This document shows positions 12,956 through 25,989 of a DNA stretch of 64,000 bases, piece by piece (position 1 is the stretch's first letter; every line of letters begins with the position of its first letter). The notes beneath the pieces were generated by a model, which worked only from the letters and a program-made list of their open reading frames with translations, made no database searches and had not been told where the DNA came from. Source of the stretch: Curvularia clavata. Its lineage: Eukaryota. The position numbers and the translations under genes are program-made. Location: contig CP089275.1 in assembly GCA_023920165.1 (NCBI GenBank), positions 4,960,001 to 5,024,000 of the forward strand, given 5' to 3'.

Positions 12956-13157
12956 CTTGGTGAAGGAAAATTGCATGATGGCTACCCCGCTACCCCACAT
13001 CGGGTACAAAATCTTTTCACTGACCACGAAACTTGGATTTTTGAATGCACATGATGCCTCTCACAATCTCGTGATTATTAGACTCGTTCGAAAACCGGGT
13101 TTTGAACCTCAGGATATATTGTTTTCTTTCATCTGATCTTCCATCAAATTACCTTAC

Positions 13158-13256
13158 GGTGAGATGGCCGAGTTGGTTATGGCGCCAGGTTAAGGTTATC
13201 TTAACATCATATTCCTGGTCACGAAAGTGGCGTGGGTTCGAGTCCCACTCTCATCA
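13158..13256 (+). tRNA. tRNA-Leu(AAG) with 17-nt intron
   Basis: Acceptor GGTGAGA/TCTCATC-A. D arm TGGCCGAGTTGGTTATGGCG. Anticodon stem CCAGG/CCTGG with loop TT-AAG-G[intron]T. Long variable arm; T arm GTGGGTTCGAGTCCCAC. Confidence 0.93.
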
Positions 13257-13291
13257 GCATTCGTCTGGCTTCAGTCAGATACCCCAGGTTC

Positions 13292-13298
13292 TTTTTTT
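13292..13298 (+). terminator. Oligo-T RNA polymerase III terminator of the tRNA
   Basis: T7 run about 35 nt downstream of the tRNA 3' end. Confidence 0.6.
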
Positions 13299-13559
13299 GC
13301 CTGTGGTTGCTCTTCGAGAACTTGGTGTGCGAAGTCGAAACACCTCGCAATTCTTCCCTTTTTGGACTGGGCGTTTTGAGGACAGGTTTAGACCAAACAA
13401 TAATGAAAGGGCGTTTTCTGACGTTTACAAATCGATGGTTTCCGTGCCAGGTGCACTAAGTGACGATCCAAGACAGACACCAACCGATCGGGCGTATACT
13501 GACATCGAATGTATTTTCATTAAGCTAAACATCTAAGCTTCGCCATAAGGATAAGCGTC

Positions 13560-14417
13560 TTACTTCTTCGCCACTGCCACGTACGCCACCATTGGATAAC
13601 CTACCACTTCCACGATTTCAGGATCCTTCTTCCCGTTGCGGGGTCTCTTTGCCTTAACTGCCAATCTCTTCCCTGCCGCCAGTAGCTCCTTTTCAAACTG
13701 TGCGTTCTCTTCGTCTGTCCACTTGGGTCCAATCTGCTTCCAGAGGCCCATTTGGTAGCGGCAAAGATCTTCAACAGCGTTGGCGCCATAGGTACAAGGA
13801 AATTCGTGTATCTCAACATCCTTGAACCCGGCATTTTCCAGCGTTTTGGTCAAGTGCGACCCCTCAAACCAGGCATCGTCAACAGGCCACTTGAAATGTG
13901 GTCCCTCTGGCTTGACGGCTCTATCTGCTGTATACACTGGTTCCAAGTGACCTGGGACTTTCCAGGACGTGAGAACAGCGGTGCCGCCGGGTTTCAGGGT
14001 GCGGTAGATTTCTCGCGCGCCAGCGGCAGCGTCCTTGAAGAAGAAGATACCCAGGCTGGTGACGGAGTGTGTAAACGTCTCGTCCGGGAACGAGAGCTTT
14101 TCGCCGGGCATTACCTCGAATGAGACCTTGGAAGACGGGTTCCCTTGGGGGACGCTGCGGCGCGCTAGCTCGATCATAGATGGTGCAATGTCGGCGCATG
14201 ATACGGTCAAGGGGGTGTCGGGGTACTCGACGAAGAGCTCCTGCGAGAACATGCCGTTGCCGCAGGCGTTGTCGAGAACGACCGAGTTAGCATCTACTGG
14301 TGGTAGGATGTCGACAATATGGGAGACTAATTCTCGAGCACAGCCACCGGTTCCGGCCTCGTAGTTTGCTGCGAGAGCTTCGAAAAAGGTCTCCTGAGGT
14401 GGTTCTTGTTCGCCCAT
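13560..14417 (-). CDS. Class I SAM-dependent methyltransferase (UbiE/COQ5-like)
   Basis: VLDNACGNG motif I, ADIAPSMI, FPDETFTH, EIYRTLKPGG. Confidence 0.88.
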   Translation of the reverse strand: MGEQEPPQETFFEALAANYEAGTGGCARELVSHIVDILPPVDANSVVLDNACGNGMFSQELFVEYPDTPLTVSCADIAPSMIELARRSVPQGNPSSKVSFEVMPGEKLSFPDETFTHSVTSLGIFFFKDAAAGAREIYRTLKPGGTAVLTSWKVPGHLEPVYTADRAVKPEGPHFKWPVDDAWFEGSHLTKTLENAGFKDVEIHEFPCTYGANAVEDLCRYQMGLWKQIGPKWTDEENAQFEKELLAAGKRLAVKAKRPRNGKKDPEIVEVVGYPMVAYVAVAKK

Positions 14418-15018
14418 TTTGGTGAAAGTTGAAGATGGATTGATTTAGAAGGGTAACCAAATGGTAGATATGGGAAAAAAAGAACTGCATGGTTACGGTA
14501 TGATATTTATGTACACAGCCTATGTGGGAATGTAAGCTGATGCCGTGGCTGAAGCGGGGCCAATGTATCTAAGACGAATGCGGAAGCTAGAGCAAGGCGT
14601 AAGATTTCTCTTAGCAAATGAGCGTTTGCAGTTCAAGGATGTGGTGTATCTCAAAGAATCGCTGAGCCCGTTATTTTGCTGTAGTCGGAATACAATTTGT
14701 CCGGGATATGCCCGACAGTAAGACCGTCTTAGAGGCAGATAGTCTGTGCACGAAGTAGGCGTAGAACTTGTCTCCGTCGTGTTCTATCATCAATCAAATG
14801 GAAACCAACCAGTACTTCTTCTAGAGTATAAGGAGGTAGCTGTTTTGATGTGCGAGACGTACAGGGTATTGATTGGGACCACTGAGGAACCTACGTAGTA
14901 CTTTCGCACTAAGCCTCATATGATAAGCTATGCCTCTTCTAATCCATGGGCATTTACAGAAAATGCCAAGTCTACTAGGCATCCTTTTATTGCTGGGATC
15001 TTCATGATAATCAAAAGC

Positions 15019-16199
15019 CTACAACTTCACTCCATCCTTAAATCGAACCATCCCATCTTGAAAAGTAGTCGCGATATGCACTCCGCTCTCATAATCCCAC
15101 ATGCGACTCGTATGCATTGTTCTTCCCCCGGCCGCCCTCGTGATCCACGCCTCCTGCATAAACCACTTTCTCCCATCCGCATCGCCCTTACCATGTCCTT
15201 CAAGATTGCACAATGGCAAGGACCCATCTTCCCACAACGTTGGATCAGCGTTTGGATGATTGATCCGTGGCTCAGGCGGCATTAGAAGATCACGAATGCC
15301 CACGTGAAAGATAACGGTATGGCTGAGAGATGCCATGTGCGTGAAATCTCGTGGTCTGTCCAGGTGCCTTGGCACGATGCAGAGGGAGTTACAATCTGAG
15401 GCGTACAGATGAGCGCATGCATGCATGTTTGCTTCTCTGGTCAAAGTTATGGCTTTGCTAGGGTCTGTCGGTGGCGGATAAGGCGCTGTGGGCAGTGGCA
15501 GGGCGCCGCGCAGCGTGTAGAATATCAGTTGCCTACGTTCAAGTGGTGTACGAGAGCGATTGTATTCTGCCATTTCGACTTTTCGCATGTGGACACCTCC
15601 GACAGGATTGAAGTGCTCTGGATGTGCTGGGAGATAGACCTCGTAAAAATCTAGAATGTCTATGCTGGGTGCCTCTCCGTGGAGCATTGGATCGTCTTCT
15701 TTTCCTTGCAGGGCTTCTTGATACACTTCCTTGAGGTTTAAATGCTCTTGTACGTCGACTGGTGAGGCCTCTTCCCGCTTGAAAGAGCATGTGCATGTGA
15801 ACATGTCCCCAGATGGTGTAACCTGACTCACAGTTACGCTGCGAGTGCAATATTTGTACCCATCTCGTATCTTCTGCACACGGTAGGTGCAGTGTTCGTT
15901 GTCCATTCCACCTAGGAGAAACCAACCAGTGATGCTCTGGTAGCCTAGTCAGCGAGACTAAAAAAAGCAGTTATCGGGCTACAACTTGCATGAATGAGGA
16001 ATCCTTCTGCCACAGTCTGTGCAGCTGCCCATGCAGCTTGCGCAAAAACATGTCCACCATATGTTCCATTTTCTCTGCCTGTTGGTGAGTAAGCCTTCAC
16101 TATCGAGCGGAAGGTCCAGTCGTCGATGCGCTCGAGTTCGATGACTTTGTCGAAAGGAAGGACTTTCTTCTCTTCCGTGAAGTGGGGGCGGACCACCAT
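15019..16199 (-). CDS. Acyl-CoA thioesterase II (TesB/PTE1-like, double hot-dog fold)
   Basis: TYGGHVFAQAAWAAAQTV, YRVQKIRDG, HLYASD, MASLSHTVIFH, HIATTFQDG. One GC-AG intron at 15937-15989; ends VKL. Confidence 0.88.
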
Positions 16200-16531
16200 G
16201 ATCAAGACACGAGATATACAACCAGGACAACTACCGAGGCTTTCTGGCAATTTATATTTGCATGTCCGAGGCTGAAGTCAGCCACCACCGACTATCGGTC
16301 TGGGAGGCGCGGGGCCGGAAAGCTAACCTGACTCGAACCAATCAACTCGACAACATCTACAGCTGAAGTCACCGATGAACCAGGATGATCCCATTTACCG
16401 TACTCCATAAGCAAAAATGATATGTCTTAAACACGTGTTTCTAGAAGAGTCGGGTTTATCTTTGGACTGCGCATTTGCGAAGGAATGTTGAAGTGACATC
16501 CATCGCCAAGTGTTAACCACACATCCTTCCC

Positions 16532-18188
16532 CTACGCACCATATCTCTTCTTCAGAATCCACAGCCTAATATAATAAAACACGATACCAATGCACCAGAT
16601 AGCTACAAGAACTATTGCCTGAACTGGGGCAAATACAGCACCACGAATAACGACAAAGCCGCTAATTACCGCGAATATGATAGGCACGAAGATTAATGGC
16701 TTTACAGGCCGCGGCAACTCTGGTTCTCGGAAGCGGAGAATGATCGCACCGAGGACTGTCAGGAAGAAAAACGCATACTCGGCGAGACCGTTGAGGGTTA
16801 GCAAGATGCGCATATTCCCAAGCAATATGTAGATTGCCGAGAGGACAGTGTTGAGGATTAGTGCGTTGCTAGCGACAGTTAGAGAACGTTCGATTTACTC
16901 AACAGACCACTTACATTGGCGACTCCCCGTTGTCCATTGCGAGGTCTGCTGGTTCATCTTCTTCAGCATCTTTTCTCACTTTGAAGGTGCCGATATACCC
17001 AACTGTCCCAAGGATATGTGGGAACCAGTTGTTGTTCGCCGCTGCTACGGTCATTCTTCCAGCTACGAAAGAATTGCCAAGCGCGGAACCGGCAATGACT
17101 AGACATATCAGAGCGGTAGCAAAGTAGGCTACACCTTTTCCTAGAAAGTGTGTGACAGCTGTCTACCAAGGGTCAGCAGGGATATGCGTGGAGGGGAGTT
17201 CCGGTAAACTCACCACAGCAGCAGCATCGGTCGTTGACACTACTTCCCATGGAAGCAGAACGTAGTAAACAGCGTTAGCTGCTACATAGCAGATGATAAT
17301 GGTTGGGATGGCGGTGTTAATCGAAAGTGGCAGCTGGCGGCTAGGATTCCGCAGCTCAGCCGCAACATAGTTCGCTTTGTCCCAACCAGAGTATGCCCAG
17401 AGTGCCCCGTACAACGCCGTGCTATAGAAGCCCAGTGACTGCCACGGAGTCACCTTGGTCCAATCAAATCGCGAGCCATCAGGCAGCACTGTATCGCGAG
17501 GCGAAAACCAGTTATTTCGATGCCAGTCACCCCCACCGAAGTCCTTATTCTTCCCAAGGAAAACAAAGACAACAACCAACCCAGCAATCATCAACAGAAA
17601 GATGGTAAACAGCTTAATCGCAACAAAAAAGCTCGACAATCTCGTGCTCGTCTTAGTGCTGATAGAATTAAGCGTCGTCACACAGACCAGCACCAGCAAC
17701 GACAAGAGCTTATGCGTCAATGGCGGATCAGGCTCATTTACACCCAGACTAGAGTATATCGACTCGACGAAGATAATGCTCAGAATAGCAAGTGTGGCCG
17801 GCATCGTAGCTACGACCCACGACCACGCCGCCATGTACCCAAACACATCGCCGTAGATGTAGGAGAGGTACGGCTGGATGCCACCCTCGCCAGGAAACGC
17901 CGTCCCCAGCTCAGCCATGGTGAGTGCACCCGTCCAGGCAAGAATGCCGCCGACAAGCCATACTAACAAGCCTGCGCCGGGTGACGGTACGTTTGCGTCA
18001 ATAGGTCCGGGGGAGGAGAAGACGCCAGAGCCGATGACGATGCTTATTAGCAGTGCGAAACCGTCCAGGGCACCTAGGTTGCGAGCAAAGGTGCTCCGAG
18101 GCACGGCGGTGTCTTCGTGTTCTTCATCAGGCGCGTATGATGTGGTTGATTCTCCGCGTAGGAGGGGTGCTGTCTCTGAGGATGACAT
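16532..18188 (-). CDS. APC superfamily (LAT-type) amino acid permease
   Basis: IGSGVFSSPG, AELGTAFPGEGG, ALWAYSGWD motifs; multiple TM helices; two canonical introns. Confidence 0.9.
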
Positions 18189-19553
18189 TGGAAGGCGCAA
18201 AAAGAGGAGCTAGACTATGCTCTTTCCGATGTGGTTGCGCATGGAGTGTACGATGCAAGCTGAAGCCTACGGAGCTTGTCCTGCACGCATCCAAGTAACC
18301 AGCAGGTGGTGTTTGTCGCGGGGTTGTCTTATCAATGTTACAGAGCTCGAGGGCCGAGGTGCTAGAAGTTGGAACGGAACGGGACCACGCGCCCGAGACT
18401 AGACCATCGCTAGGGCGTGGCACGATCGCGTCAAAACGAAGCTTTGTTACGTCATTGGGTTGCGCAAAAGGATTTTGTCGTAACAAGTGATGAATATTTG
18501 TGCTGATATATTTACATGGCGTTGGCATCATAATTACACATTTGCCGGCGGGTCTGTTGAGGGATCTGACATGCGTGCTGCACTGGGGAATCTCTTCTTT
18601 CCAACCACGGCCACGTGAGTGGACGCGAAACTGGTATTACTAGCGTCTGTCATCTCGCGGTGTCACATGGTACCATGTTCCCGAGAAAATGATTGTTTCG
18701 TGGTTTTTGAACGCCACCTCGAGCTATCTAATGGTTTTAACTGCGGAAAGTGGGATTCACATGACCACACGTTTGTTGTTATTCGTGAGGATCAGTCTGC
18801 ATCGCTGTTGTTTGATGACAGTTTTCTTGAATATGCTCATCAACTTAGTCGCGAGGCATACGTCTTGCTACCAGAGGCTATTGATTCTACATGTAAATCC
18901 AGAAATAGCTTTGAAGAAAATATGAAGAATAACGGGTCTAGACTAATTTTTCAGCCATGACGAACCAAACACAGTACAGAAAAAATGTCGGGACCGACAA
19001 AAACAAAAGGCAAATGGGAATTAAGAATAGGACACCGACTAGCAGAGTGCTAAGATGGATATCATTCTTACATATAAATGAATACGCTCTTCTGTTCAGT
19101 TTACGAAATGCTGAGCATGCATTCCCGAGACGCTAGATGCGATTCTACGCGTCTCCCATCAAGCCACATAATTCCAATGGTCCAAAACCTGTTCACCATG
19201 CCTTTCCTTTTCCCATCCCACTAAAAAGAAGATCAGAATAGAAAAGGCGGGGTGGATGAGCTAGACTGTTTACCGCCATGACGAGCCAATGACGCCCTGT
19301 GGATCCCCCGGGTCTGGCTTCCTAGCGGAATGCACAGGGCTTAGCGTTCCGAACCATCATGTCGACGTCATTTCTAACAACAATTCTCGGTTTGCTAGAA
19401 TGGATTGTAGGGTCCTTTAAAGCTCTAGGTCTGCTGTCGAATTCTCTGCTCATTCAAACATTGTCTCTCTAAGATACCCCTCAATTCTTCTTTCTCTCGT
19501 CCCCAAATACCTCCAGCACCCATTGAACTCGATACGTTCACGTACATCCCAAA

Positions 19554-20786
19554 ATGTTCTCTCGACAAGCAACACAGAATGCACGCTTCGCAGCTCGCTG
19601 TGCACGTCGCCCAGCAGCTCGTGTAGCAAATCCTCAATACCGCGCCCAACAGCCACGTTTCCAATCAACCCAATCAACTGCCTCTGGTAACTCTGGTGCT
19701 GGAACACATGCCGCGGTTGGCGCCGCCTCAGGTGCTCTCGCCGCCATAACCGTAGGATACATTTTTTACAGGCAATCAGGTGCCCGTGATGTTGTCATGG
19801 CCTCCAAGACTGCCAAGGGCTATGTTCAGTCAGCTTCACAGAAGATCAAGGAGCAGACGCCTGAGCCAAACGAGGCGCTGCAATGGATGCGTCAAGCCGC
19901 TCAGAGTTATGCTGCGTTCATTCCCGGTGCCAAGGGTTATGTTGACTCTGCCTTTGACGATCTCGACGCGATCCGAGCGAAGCACGGTGAGGAAGTCGAC
20001 AACATTGTGCGGGAAGCATACGAGGAGATGCGACAGGTTCTCGGCAAGGGCGACATGAGCCTTGTGACTGCGCACAAGACCTGGGACGTCATTACCAAGC
20101 ACATGAGCCGCATTGCAGACCTTGCCGGAGATGCTTCACAGCAAATCATGGACAACCACCCACAGCTGAAGGAGAAGCTGGGCGGCAACATTGACAAGCT
20201 CAAGGAGTATGGTGACAGGTACGGCCCTGAAGCAAAAAAGGAGGTCGACAGGACTTGGAAGCAAATCAGTGATGTTGTCAAGACTGGAATGAGTGCGAGC
20301 AACATTGAGAAGATCAGGAGCATAGTCCAGGAGAAGATTGAGAAGCTGAACAAGATGGGCGATGAGGCTTGGAAAAAGGGAATGGAGCAGGCTAAGCCCT
20401 ACCTCGACAAGAACCCGCAAGTTAAGAAGCTCGTGGAGGAGAACGCTGATGCGCTGAAGGGCGGCAATGTTCAAGAGCTGTACCAGCGCGTCAAGTCGGC
20501 CGTCGAGAAGGGCGACACTGGCGACCTTCAGTCATACATCAAGAGCATTGCCGACAAGGCCAAGGATGGCGGTTTTGGAGACTACGAACAGTATCTCAAG
20601 AAGATTCCCGGTGGCGACCAGATACTCCCCAAGCTGAGCCAGCTCCAAGAAGTCGCGCAGAAGCACGGCGACGAGGCACAGAAGATTCTTAAGGATGCGG
20701 TCTCGGAGATTTCGGAAATTTTGCAGAAGAAGGGCGATGAGGCGTCCAAGTTGGCTGAGAAGGCCAAGGAGGATTCGAAGAAATAG
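19554..20786 (+). CDS. Uncharacterised helical (apolipophorin/LEA-like) protein with probable mitochondrial presequence and one TM segment
   Basis: 410-aa ORF with strong codon bias; Arg-rich N-terminus ending RFQST; hydrophobic AAVGAASGALAAITVGYIFY; K/E/Q-rich amphipathic remainder. Confidence 0.75.
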   Translation: MFSRQATQNARFAARCARRPAARVANPQYRAQQPRFQSTQSTASGNSGAGTHAAVGAASGALAAITVGYIFYRQSGARDVVMASKTAKGYVQSASQKIKEQTPEPNEALQWMRQAAQSYAAFIPGAKGYVDSAFDDLDAIRAKHGEEVDNIVREAYEEMRQVLGKGDMSLVTAHKTWDVITKHMSRIADLAGDASQQIMDNHPQLKEKLGGNIDKLKEYGDRYGPEAKKEVDRTWKQISDVVKTGMSASNIEKIRSIVQEKIEKLNKMGDEAWKKGMEQAKPYLDKNPQVKKLVEENADALKGGNVQELYQRVKSAVEKGDTGDLQSYIKSIADKAKDGGFGDYEQYLKKIPGGDQILPKLSQLQEVAQKHGDEAQKILKDAVSEISEILQKKGDEASKLAEKAKEDSKK

Positions 20787-22048
20787 AGTACTCGACGTTG
20801 TTGCCGGGCATGAGGAAAGTATAATGAGATCGGAACCTGTATTCTAACGTATGATCAGCGTGGATAGCATGAATAGCGCATCACATGAGTCGTGATGATT
20901 GCTTCATTTTCTTGCATGTACGAACATCCCAGGTGTATGGATCGGTGGTAGCTTTCTACTAATCATCTTTGACTAGCAAAAGTGCAAAGTTTCTGGGGTT
21001 TAAACGTAAAGCAGCTTGGCCACAGCATGTATCTTGCGGAAAGTGAATGCCGCGAATGGTTAAAAAGGTAAGGCATCGGTGTGGTATGGGTCGCCCATTG
21101 GTCGAATGTTCTCCGGGGCTAACATGAGATGTAACTACCAGGATGAAAGACGCAAAAGCAATGGCTACACTTCAGCTGTCGAAACGAGCACCGGAATAGA
21201 AGCGTATAGCATGCAGGTCTATAGCGCGCGGCGAAACTCTAAGCAATAAGCTACCGGAAGCTGGCGGCAGATAGCCGATGGATTGGGAGAGGTGCAGCCG
21301 ATTACCGTGTGCCATGGCTGGACATGCAGTGCTCAGTCGTACTCCGGGGTTGATTGTTGGTGCCCGAAGCCGATGTAGTGCGTCTAGTACTGGCGAAACG
21401 ACCACCTCTCCGCATTCGTGGCTGCATCGAAACAAGGGCGGGGATGCACGCCTATCACCGTTTGTATGCAGGAACTCTCACTGAGAGCACACCGCACTCC
21501 GTGGCAGGACTGTGGCTCGTCGAGGCGGGGTGAGATGATGCTTGCAAACAATCATTGGGCCGCGTGTTCTGCAGTGATACAGACATGGTGCCAAAGCAAG
21601 CGAGGCCAGCAAAAGAAAAGTACCGATGAGAGAGGGCGTTGCAATTCTCGCATTGTCGAGACAGACGAAGCGGTGGTTACAGGCAAAGGACAGCCGTGAT
21701 ATTACAAAGAAGATGCGAGAAGGCTTACCCCGCTATACTGCAAGCAGGTGAAGGTGGGCCAAAGTGAGAGAAAAGTGGTGAGAGAAGTTGCGGCCCGCCA
21801 ACAGACCAAGCACGCCCCACCAGATTGGCCAATGACGTAGGTGCGACTGCCCGCTGCTGCACCGCCGCCCTTGCCTGACGCCTTGCAGGCGCTCTGTTGT
21901 CTCCTTATTTACCTCTCCCAACAGGCCTCGAGTTCCTCTTCTTCTTCCCACTCCACTCCACACTCGTCCGCTCTCCCAGCTTCTTCGAGCCGTCCTTTGA
22001 CACCACTGGCAACCTGTTCAGCCTCATCAAGAGTCCACTACAACAAAC

Positions 22049-22854
22049 ATGGGCAAGGTAAACACACCCCCACGCCCAACATGTACCCCGCCATTGCCCC
22101 GCTAACCCATGTACAGGCAAAGTACATCATGCTCGACTGCGACAACACGCTTGTCCAGTCGGAGCGTTACGCCTTCGAGGCCTGCGCCGACCTGACCAAC
22201 GAAGTCCTAGCCAAGCACAACATCGACGCCAAGTACACGGCTGAGACACTCCTCGAGGACTTTGTCGGTCATAACTTCCGTGGTATGCTCAACGGTCTCC
22301 AGAAGAAGCACAACTTCCAGATGCCGCCCGAGGAGATGGACGACTATGTCCAGCAGGAACTCGGTGCCGTCACTCGCAAGCTCAGCCAAAAAGCAGTCGC
22401 GTGCCCCGGTGTCCCTGAGCAGCTCGCGTGGCTCAAGGAGCAGGGCTACCCCATGTCCGTTGTCTCGACCTCAGCCAAGAGCCGTGTTGTCGCCTCGATC
22501 GAGAAGGCTGGCATCGACCACTTCTTCCCCAACGAGCACGTCTACTCTGCCGCTACCTCACTCAACCCTCCCTCATCTAAGCCTGACCCCAAGATCTACC
22601 TCTACGCTGCCGAGCAGCTTGGTGTCAAGCCCTCGGAGGCGGTAACCGTCGAGGACAGCAAGAGCGGTGCCACTGCGGCTATGCGCGCTGGCATACCCTG
22701 CATTGGATACGTGGGCATCTATGGCATCGAGGAGGGCAAGGAGAAGATGGACGAGATGGCCAAGCTCCTAGCTGAGGAGACCAAGTGTGCTGCCATCATG
22801 TACGACTGGAAGGACTTCCCCGAGTGCCTCAAAAAGGTTGAGGCTTCCATGTGA
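22049..22854 (+). CDS. HAD-superfamily hydrolase (subfamily IA phosphatase-like)
   Basis: ATG GGC AAG, intron 22058-22116, then motifs LDCDNTL, VSTS, KPDP, VEDS. Confidence 0.9.
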
Positions 22855-24263
22855 ATGCATGGCAGAGCACTGGGTCAGACCAAGATCTGACGACTCTACC
22901 CGCCATTGCGGACGAGATTATGACCATTGACGGCTTCTATGAGTACATACATTCGATAATGAATACTTAGTGGGCACAAGTCCCCTTTTACACATCTTTG
23001 CTACTGTTTGTTTTTTGATTGTTGTGTTTACAAATTTTGGCTTGTGACGCAACAGCGGACCCCGCGATGTTTGGCCATCGACGCGTCGTTGGCGGCCCAA
23101 CGTTGCCCCGCCATCCCCACCAGCTCACGATCGGAGCCAGAAAAACTGGCTATGCAACAGGTGCGAGACTGGGTGAAAACGTTCAAAGCGGCATAGCTTG
23201 CCCACACCATGGCACGTTTTCTACGGGACGATACTTTGTAGGCCAATTAGCAGCGGGGAATTATGGCGCAAAGCTACAGGCAGCCCCTCAGGCGGAAAAT
23301 TTGGCATCGCCTTTCCAGTATCACAAGCAACACGGTCCTGTAGGTCGACGGCAATATTCACCAATGTGTGCAATTCCGAGCACCGATGACGCACTTGGGT
23401 AAAGCTGCAGGCTACGTCGGATGACCCCAAAAGCAGATGCTTCCAATAGTCTTGGCAGTGCCTGCAGCACAGCGCTTGCAAGCATAGCGCTGAACAGAGG
23501 GGCTGCCTCGGTATATTACTTGTAACTCTGCTTTTCCAGCTCTACTGGATGTGGGAGAGCTATGGAGTATTATAACGGCAAGCTATCAACACATTCAAAA
23601 AAAAAGTAACTGTGACAACTACCGCTACTTTTTGAGGTCGGGTCATAGGTGCTGAGAACATAGTACATAATAGATACCTGTGACAACTACAACCACTTTT
23701 CAAAGAAGAAGGTAGTTTTACTCTGTACTATAATGAGAGTAATCTTGTAGGCCGCCATTTTCCGGTATTACCAGTAATAGCAATGCGAGCGATGCAACCT
23801 CGTGCTGCAATTTTCCATCTCAGGAACACGCGCACTACCCGTTATCTCGCGTCATTGAAGATCTCCTTGGCACTCTGGGCACAGCCCATTCCCGCCGCCT
23901 GATCAGCTGCCGCCAAGACACTTCGAAAAGCCTCCTTCTCAAAGCGGACAAGCAAAGCAGAGCTTAATTTGCGACTCGCCAATGCCACACCTCTGCCGGC
24001 TGCCAGCCTGGTCTATACAATGCTTTGTATCTCTGCCGACTGCCCTTGTGCACCCACACCACCTTGTACTATGGGCTACCGCGTGCGTGGTGTAGCATCC
24101 AAAGGGGCAGGTCTCGAGGCTACCTGCCCAGTTGGCCATAGAGAATGCATTTTGGTGATTGTAATATAGAGTAGTTCCATGTCGAAAATGTACATTTAAG
24201 AGCCGTGATGTCCTTTAGTGCTTCCAGTACCGCTGTCTCGTTGCCTCCCAAGCCACCGCAAAC

Positions 24264-25989
24264 ATGTACCTACGCACAGCTCTCCTTTCCCTATCCGCCC
24301 TTGCGGTGGCCAAGGAAATGCCCAAAGATGAGCTCAGGGCAGCGCAGCTCTATGATTCTGGTATCAGGCATGAAAACAACATGGCCCTGAAGAAGGTTTG
24401 CAAATTTGTCTCCGTATTTTGGAACTCAATGTTGACTTGGTGATAGGAATCATGGGCCAAGCAGGAAGCTGCAGGCATGTACAACTCTGCTCAGTTTTCC
24501 GAGATCAAGGACAAGGTCGAGTGCATCAACGGTACCGCTGTCACTGACAAGGATACCTTCCGATGCAAGAACGTTAGTGGAGCCCGTATCTCACCTAGAT
24601 AGCTATCACTGACCTTGGCCAGATTGATCTTCTTCACTTCCTGTCCCACGCTGAGCTCGGTAGTACGCGTGGTGTTGGATCTTCGTCGTGGGGTGAGCAA
24701 TTCAAATGACCCTTAGAACCCTCATGCTAACTATCTACAGGCTGGACGTCAGATGATGGCCGTGAATTCGTTGCCATTGGACAGCAGGACGGTGCTGCGT
24801 TTGCGGAAATTACCAAAGAAGGAAAACTGTCTTACCTTGGACGCCTCCCCGCATACTCTTCACCTAGCACCTGGCGCGAGATCCGTGGTCAGAACAACCT
24901 AATGATAAGTATGTTTGCCTATGATAGATCAAATTTCCAAGTCTAAAGTTTTTTTAGTTGGCTCCGAAGCCCAAGGACACGGCATTCAGATCTTCGACAT
25001 GAAGAAGCTTCTGACAATTAACCCTGCCAAGCCAGTGACTTTCAGCAACTCCAAAGATCTTACTGGCCATTACAGTGGGCTTCCTAGCGGCCGTACCCAC
25101 AACGTCGTCACCAACCCCGAGACCAACTTCATCTACTCTGTCGGAGCCCAGCCGAGGACTGACAAGTGCAAGTCGGGCATTATCTTCATTGATATTAGCA
25201 ACCCCGCTAAGCCCACAAGTCCTGGATGGTAAGCACGCATATATAACTATCTTCTCTGCTCCACTGACACTGTTCTTCAGTGCGTCTCAGGATGGCTATG
25301 TCCACGATGCCCAATGCCTGATTTACCACGGCCCCGACACTCAGTTCGAGGGACACGAGATTTGCTATGGTTACAACGAGGATTCGCTGACTATCTACGA
25401 CGTAACGAACAAGAAGGCACCAGTCGTCTTGTCCATCACTTCATATGAAGGTGCAGCATACACCCACCAAGGAGCTGTCCTTGATCCCAAGAACCAGAAG
25501 TATCTGCTTCTAGATGATGAATACGACGAGTATGACAAGGTTGGCCCTGGTGCAGCTGGTCATCCGATCACGTACATTTGGGACATCTCATCTCTGCGTG
25601 CACCAAAGCAGACTGGACTCTACAAGAGCGGTGCTAAAGGTGTCGACCACAATCAATACGTATTCAACGGCTTTGCATACCAGTCGAACTACGGCACGGG
25701 ATTCAGGGTGTTAGATGTCCGTTCGATTCCCCAGGACCCGACCGGTGCTGGTGTGAAGGAAGTTGGCTTCTTTGGTGAGTTTTAATCACTATTATCTCTT
25801 CTAGAAACAACTAAGCTAATTGTACTCATAGACGTTTACCCCGAGGATGACAACATGGCCGGGGGTGGCACTGTTGACTTTGTCGGAACTTGGTCGAGCT
25901 ACGCACTCTTCAAGAGCGGCCACATCCTCGTGAACACAATGGAACGAGGAGCCTTCGTTGTTAAAATGCAACAGGGCTTTGATAAATAA
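24264..25989 (+). CDS. Secreted protein of the choice-of-anchor B / LVIVD-repeat-like family
   Basis: Signal peptide MYLRTALLSLSALAVA. Six canonical introns give a continuous frame with SSWGWTSDDGREF, WREIR, GYVHDAQC, YTHQG, DHNQY, QSNYGTG. Confidence 0.75.
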
